A stretch of 64,000 nucleotides of DNA. It comes from Octopus sinensis. Taxonomy: Eukaryota. Below the pieces are notes generated by a model. It saw only the letters and a program-made list of their open reading frames with translations. It was not told the origin of the DNA and ran no database searches. The stretch covers positions 20,398,001-20,462,000 of the forward strand of contig NC_043001.1 in assembly GCF_006345805.1 (NCBI RefSeq). Direction: 5' to 3'. Position 1 is the stretch's first letter. Each line of letters opens with the position of its first letter. Shown here one piece after another: positions 60,186 to 64,000 of this stretch. Made by a program: the position numbers and the translations under genes.

Positions 60186-61484
60186 TTCTACCATGGCCTG
60201 AAGCTAACCAATGCTTAATAAAAGGAATTTGATACACAGAAACTTTACAGAAACCTGCTGCATGCGTAACTAACTCTTACTGTTCCTTCATGATTCAATG
60301 CTAAAACAAGAAATGGTATCACAAAGACAGAGTACAGAAAAATCTTAAACTCTTTCATAACAGTAGCTATGAACACCATATTTTCTAATGACTTAGTCAG
60401 AGAGGTAAAAGCACCCATGACTTGTTTGAAGGGACTCCAAGGTTGTTGAGGTGGAGTGGGGAGAAAAGAAAACGATAAAACTCATATGTTGATGTAGTTA
60501 GAAACAGCATCCTCATCATCATCATTTAACATCACTTTCCATACTTGATGGTTTGACAGGGAACCGGTGAGCTGCAGGGCTGCATCAGTTTCCTCTGTCA
60601 TCTTTGGCTGGATGCCCATCCTAATGCCAACCACTTTAGAAAGTAAACTGAGTTGTCCTTAAACCAAAGATCTGGTCTAAATGCTTGCAACAGAGTGGGC
60701 TCCCACTTATGACATCCAAGAGCCAGGTTCGCGGCAGCAGTGGCAGCATCATTTTAATGTCCACTTTCCCATGCTTGTATGGGTTGGATAGAATTTGTTG
60801 AGGCAGATTTTCTACAGTTGGATGCCCTTCCTATTGCTATCCCCTACTTGTTTCCAAGCTGCCAAATCCATTCACAAGGCCTTAGTTGACCCAGGGCTAC
60901 AATAGAAGACACTTGTTCAAAATACCCAGAAATGGAAGTGAACACAAAACAATGTGGATGGGAAGCAAACTTCTGCTCTTTGTGTGTGTGTGTGTGTGTG
61001 TACGTGTGTGTGTGTGTGTGAGTATATGAGTGTGGGTTTGTGAGCATGTGTGTGTGAGAGAGAGAGTGTGTATGTGTGTGTGTGTGTGAGAGAGAATAGC
61101 TTTGTGAGCATTGGTGTGCACGCAGAGTTGTGCACACGTCTTCTGTTCAAACACAGGTGAATGTTTTTGTTCCATGCTTGTTACCACTTCAGTAAAGCAA
61201 TACTGATGTTGACATTATGACCTGTTGCTCTGCACTTCTGAAGATCTCTGAATCAAAATAATCGCTTACTTGAAAAACGTCTAAAGGTTGGCTACAGGAA
61301 GATCATCCAGCCATAAAAAGCTTACTTTGGATAACTCAAGTAAGTCTTCATCAAACTCATGCTAGCTTGGAAAAACAGATGCTAATAAATGAATGAATGA
61401 ATGAATCATACAACTAGATATTAATTTCGTTAAGGAGGATATAGGTTCGTGTGTTATTGTGTAGTTGAGAAGTATGTTGTGATA

Positions 61485-61800
61485 CCACCGGCACTGGTAT
61501 CACAACTACAATTTCCATTGTAGTTGTGATACCAGTGCCGGTGGCACGTAGGAGAACCATCCAAATGTGGCTGTTGCCAGCGCCACCCCAACTGGCCTCT
61601 GTGCCGGTGGCACGTAAAAAGTAGCCACTACACTCACGGAGTGGTTGGCATTATGAAGGGCATCCAGCTGTAGAAACACTGCCAGATCAGACTGGGCCTG
61701 GTGCAACCTTCTGGCTTCCCAGACCCCAGTTGAACCGTCCAATCCATGCTAGCATGGAAATCAGACATTAAACAATGATGATGATGGTGAAGATGATGAT
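61485..61800 (+). mobile_element. Family-C RTE 3'-UTR copy with 5' inverted duplication
   Basis: 28-bp perfect hairpin at 61485-61544, then the family-C body and (gat)n tail. Confidence 0.8.
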
Positions 61801-62683
61801 GTTGTATGTGAAGAAGGTATGTGGTCGACAAGTTTGCTTCCCAACCACATGGTCTAAGATACTGACCCCAGGATTTTACTGGTACATTAGTTACCAACTA
61901 ACACTGCCTTTCCTCACTTTTCTAATCACCATATTTGATCGTATATAAGACACATTTGTTTTTCAACAAAATGCTTTAAAAAAATCACACTAGATCCTAT
62001 ATGTAAAAGTTGTGCCATCCATAAGCTAATTTTGTCTCTGGTACACTTTCTCCTGAATATGTGCTACTAAAATATTGGTACATCTAATATGCCTGTGCAT
62101 CTTTTATACCATCAAAATACAGTAGTTTTTAAATGCTAACTGCATTAAACATTTAACACTAATTTTACTGAAAAAGAAAAAAGCCGTTCTAGGTTTGAGT
62201 TCAATTCTCATCACAATTGATTCATTTATTTATTTATCTATTTCAAATTTCGTTTTTGGATTTGGTTTGCAAGATTCTTTATATGAGTTCATGTGTTGAA
62301 GCATATTCTGTTGTGTCTGGGGAGAGTCATTTTCTTTTTGTGCCTTATAATTTTACACACCCACCAGAAAAATTTCCACTTATTTCTTATTTTTATTTTC
62401 CTAAAATTTTCATTGTGTCTTGCAACCTTTTCAATAGTCTTGACTCAAAAATTTCACTTTTTGAGTTCATGAAAGTAGTTGGATCATGTAAATTTTTTAG
62501 CCTGATCCTCCTCCCTGCCAAGCAGAGCCTGGATCTTCTACTTCTATTAAGATAACCCTAGACTTTCCAGCAACCTCCAGTTGATGTTGTACAGCATTGC
62601 TTTTTCGTATTCTGACTGCCATATACAGCTGGCTAAAGTTGTGACATTATGCCTTTCCTGGACTCTCTGTATATAGATGTTTG

Positions 62684-62723
<40 letters not shown>

Positions 62724-63669
62724 CTAGCTTCTACCAGGATGTTTAGTTATGTCCTTATGAGCCCCAAAAGAGAAGACTTGGCCATTTAATAAACAGAAAT
62801 TAATAAAATATGTGCCAAGCTGAGTTATTATTGAGTGGGTGTGAACAATGTGATTTGCTAAAAACTCTTTTATCATAGAACCCCAGCGTGGACACAGTTC
62901 AAAATCCAACACCAGAACTGGAGTTACAGAGTTATCAATGTAGTAGATAAGGTCATTTAATTTAGGACACTACAATGGATTAAAACTATTCCTTAATTAT
63001 AGAAATATAGTTTGCACAAGAACAAAAAAAAAAAAAAGAAATGGGAAAAGCCCAGAAAGCTTTTACAATATAAAATTAATGAGACTGTATCTGCAACAAT
63101 TATCAGTGAAAGATCACATGCACCAACAGAAATGGCAAATTACAACATATGATATATTTTAAAGTAACAGATTGGGATGACAGATATTTAAATACTGGTT
63201 CAATTAGAAAGAAACAATCTGGTGTGTAAATCTAGATATACATTTCCTTCGGTTTACCACATGCTCCACTTACTTAATTCCTTTGTTTATAATTAATAAT
63301 TATCTACAACATTTATACAAGCTATACCACAATGGTGGGAAGCTGGCAGAATTCTTAGCATATCCTGATGAAACAGCAGCATTTCTTCCGGTTTTTTACT
63401 TTCTAAGTTCAAATTCTAACAAGGGCAACCTTGTCTTTGATCCCTTTGTGGTTGATAAAATAAAGTACTGATCAAGTACTAGAATCAATGTAATCAACTT
63501 GGCTGCCCCCTCAGAAGTTGCTGGCCTTGAACCCTGCAATGGCCTAGTATCCCATTCAGCAGAATTCTTGGACAGTTATATGTCATAGAAATTAGGTAAC
63601 TTAGCTTATGAGCTTTAAGGTAAAAAAAAAAAAATAATAATAAAGAAATATAAATTCAGTATAAGTATA

Positions 63670-63704
<35 letters not shown>

Positions 63705-63707
<3 letters not shown>

Positions 63708-64000
63708 GGGTTGGACAAAATAATGGAAACACCTTGCATCCTAGCATCATAATTTTGAAATATCTATAAAACTGTCAAAAGCTTGTTTATTATTATGTTT
63801 TTTGATTTATTATTAATGTTGCTTAATATGTTTTGCTAAAATTGTTGTTTCTTTTCAGATGTCATCAGAAAAAGGTAATTAAAATTCTGACTTTCAAAGA
63901 GGTCAAATTGTTGGTGCTCATATGGCAGGCGCTAGTGTAATGAAAACAGCTGAAATGTTTGGTGTATCAAGAAGTACTGTCTCGAAAGTAATGATAGCCT
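63705..64000 (+). mobile_element. Tc1-family transposon, 5' part (runs off the window)
   Basis: TA|CAGGGGTTGGACAAAATAATGGAAACACC TIR; from 63859 MSSEKGN*NSDFQRGQIVGAHMAGASVMKTAEMFGVSRSTVSKVM, a Tc1 paired-like HTH with an in-frame stop. Confidence 0.9.

Noticed and set aside
62470-62640. Weak RTE-like peptide (SRVILIEVEDPG) on the minus strand
   Set aside because: The similarity is too low to support by eye.

Overview
AT-rich, repeat-saturated eukaryotic DNA with no recognisable host protein-coding gene. It looks like a large intron or intergenic stretch of an octopus (coleoid cephalopod) genome; that assignment is inferred from recalled SINE families and the microsatellite density, not verified. 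Nearly all ORFs in the supplied track are by-products of SINEs or simple repeats. The window is a layered transposon record: three tRNA-headed SINE families (my labels SINE-A, -B, -D), RTE-clade LINE remnants and their short 3'-UTR copies, R4/Dong-like 3' ends in (AAT)n, mariner and Tc1 elements, TTAA-flanked piggyBac-like MITEs, Helitron-type elements and many microsatellites. The best feature is a Penelope-like retroelement (PLE) cluster at about 24.7-30.4 kb. Its core is a 3.1-kb 5'-truncated PLE with ~1.1-kb inverted arms. Each arm carries a GIY-YIG endonuclease region and a hammerhead ribozyme, and the RT-to-endonuclease linker is unusually long and lacks Cys. Other highlights are a 7-unit headless SINE-B multimer joined at a fixed microhomology, a ~370-bp foldback, a 94-bp target-site duplication, and a tRNA-Arg(UCU)-like cloverleaf with a TTT anticodon.
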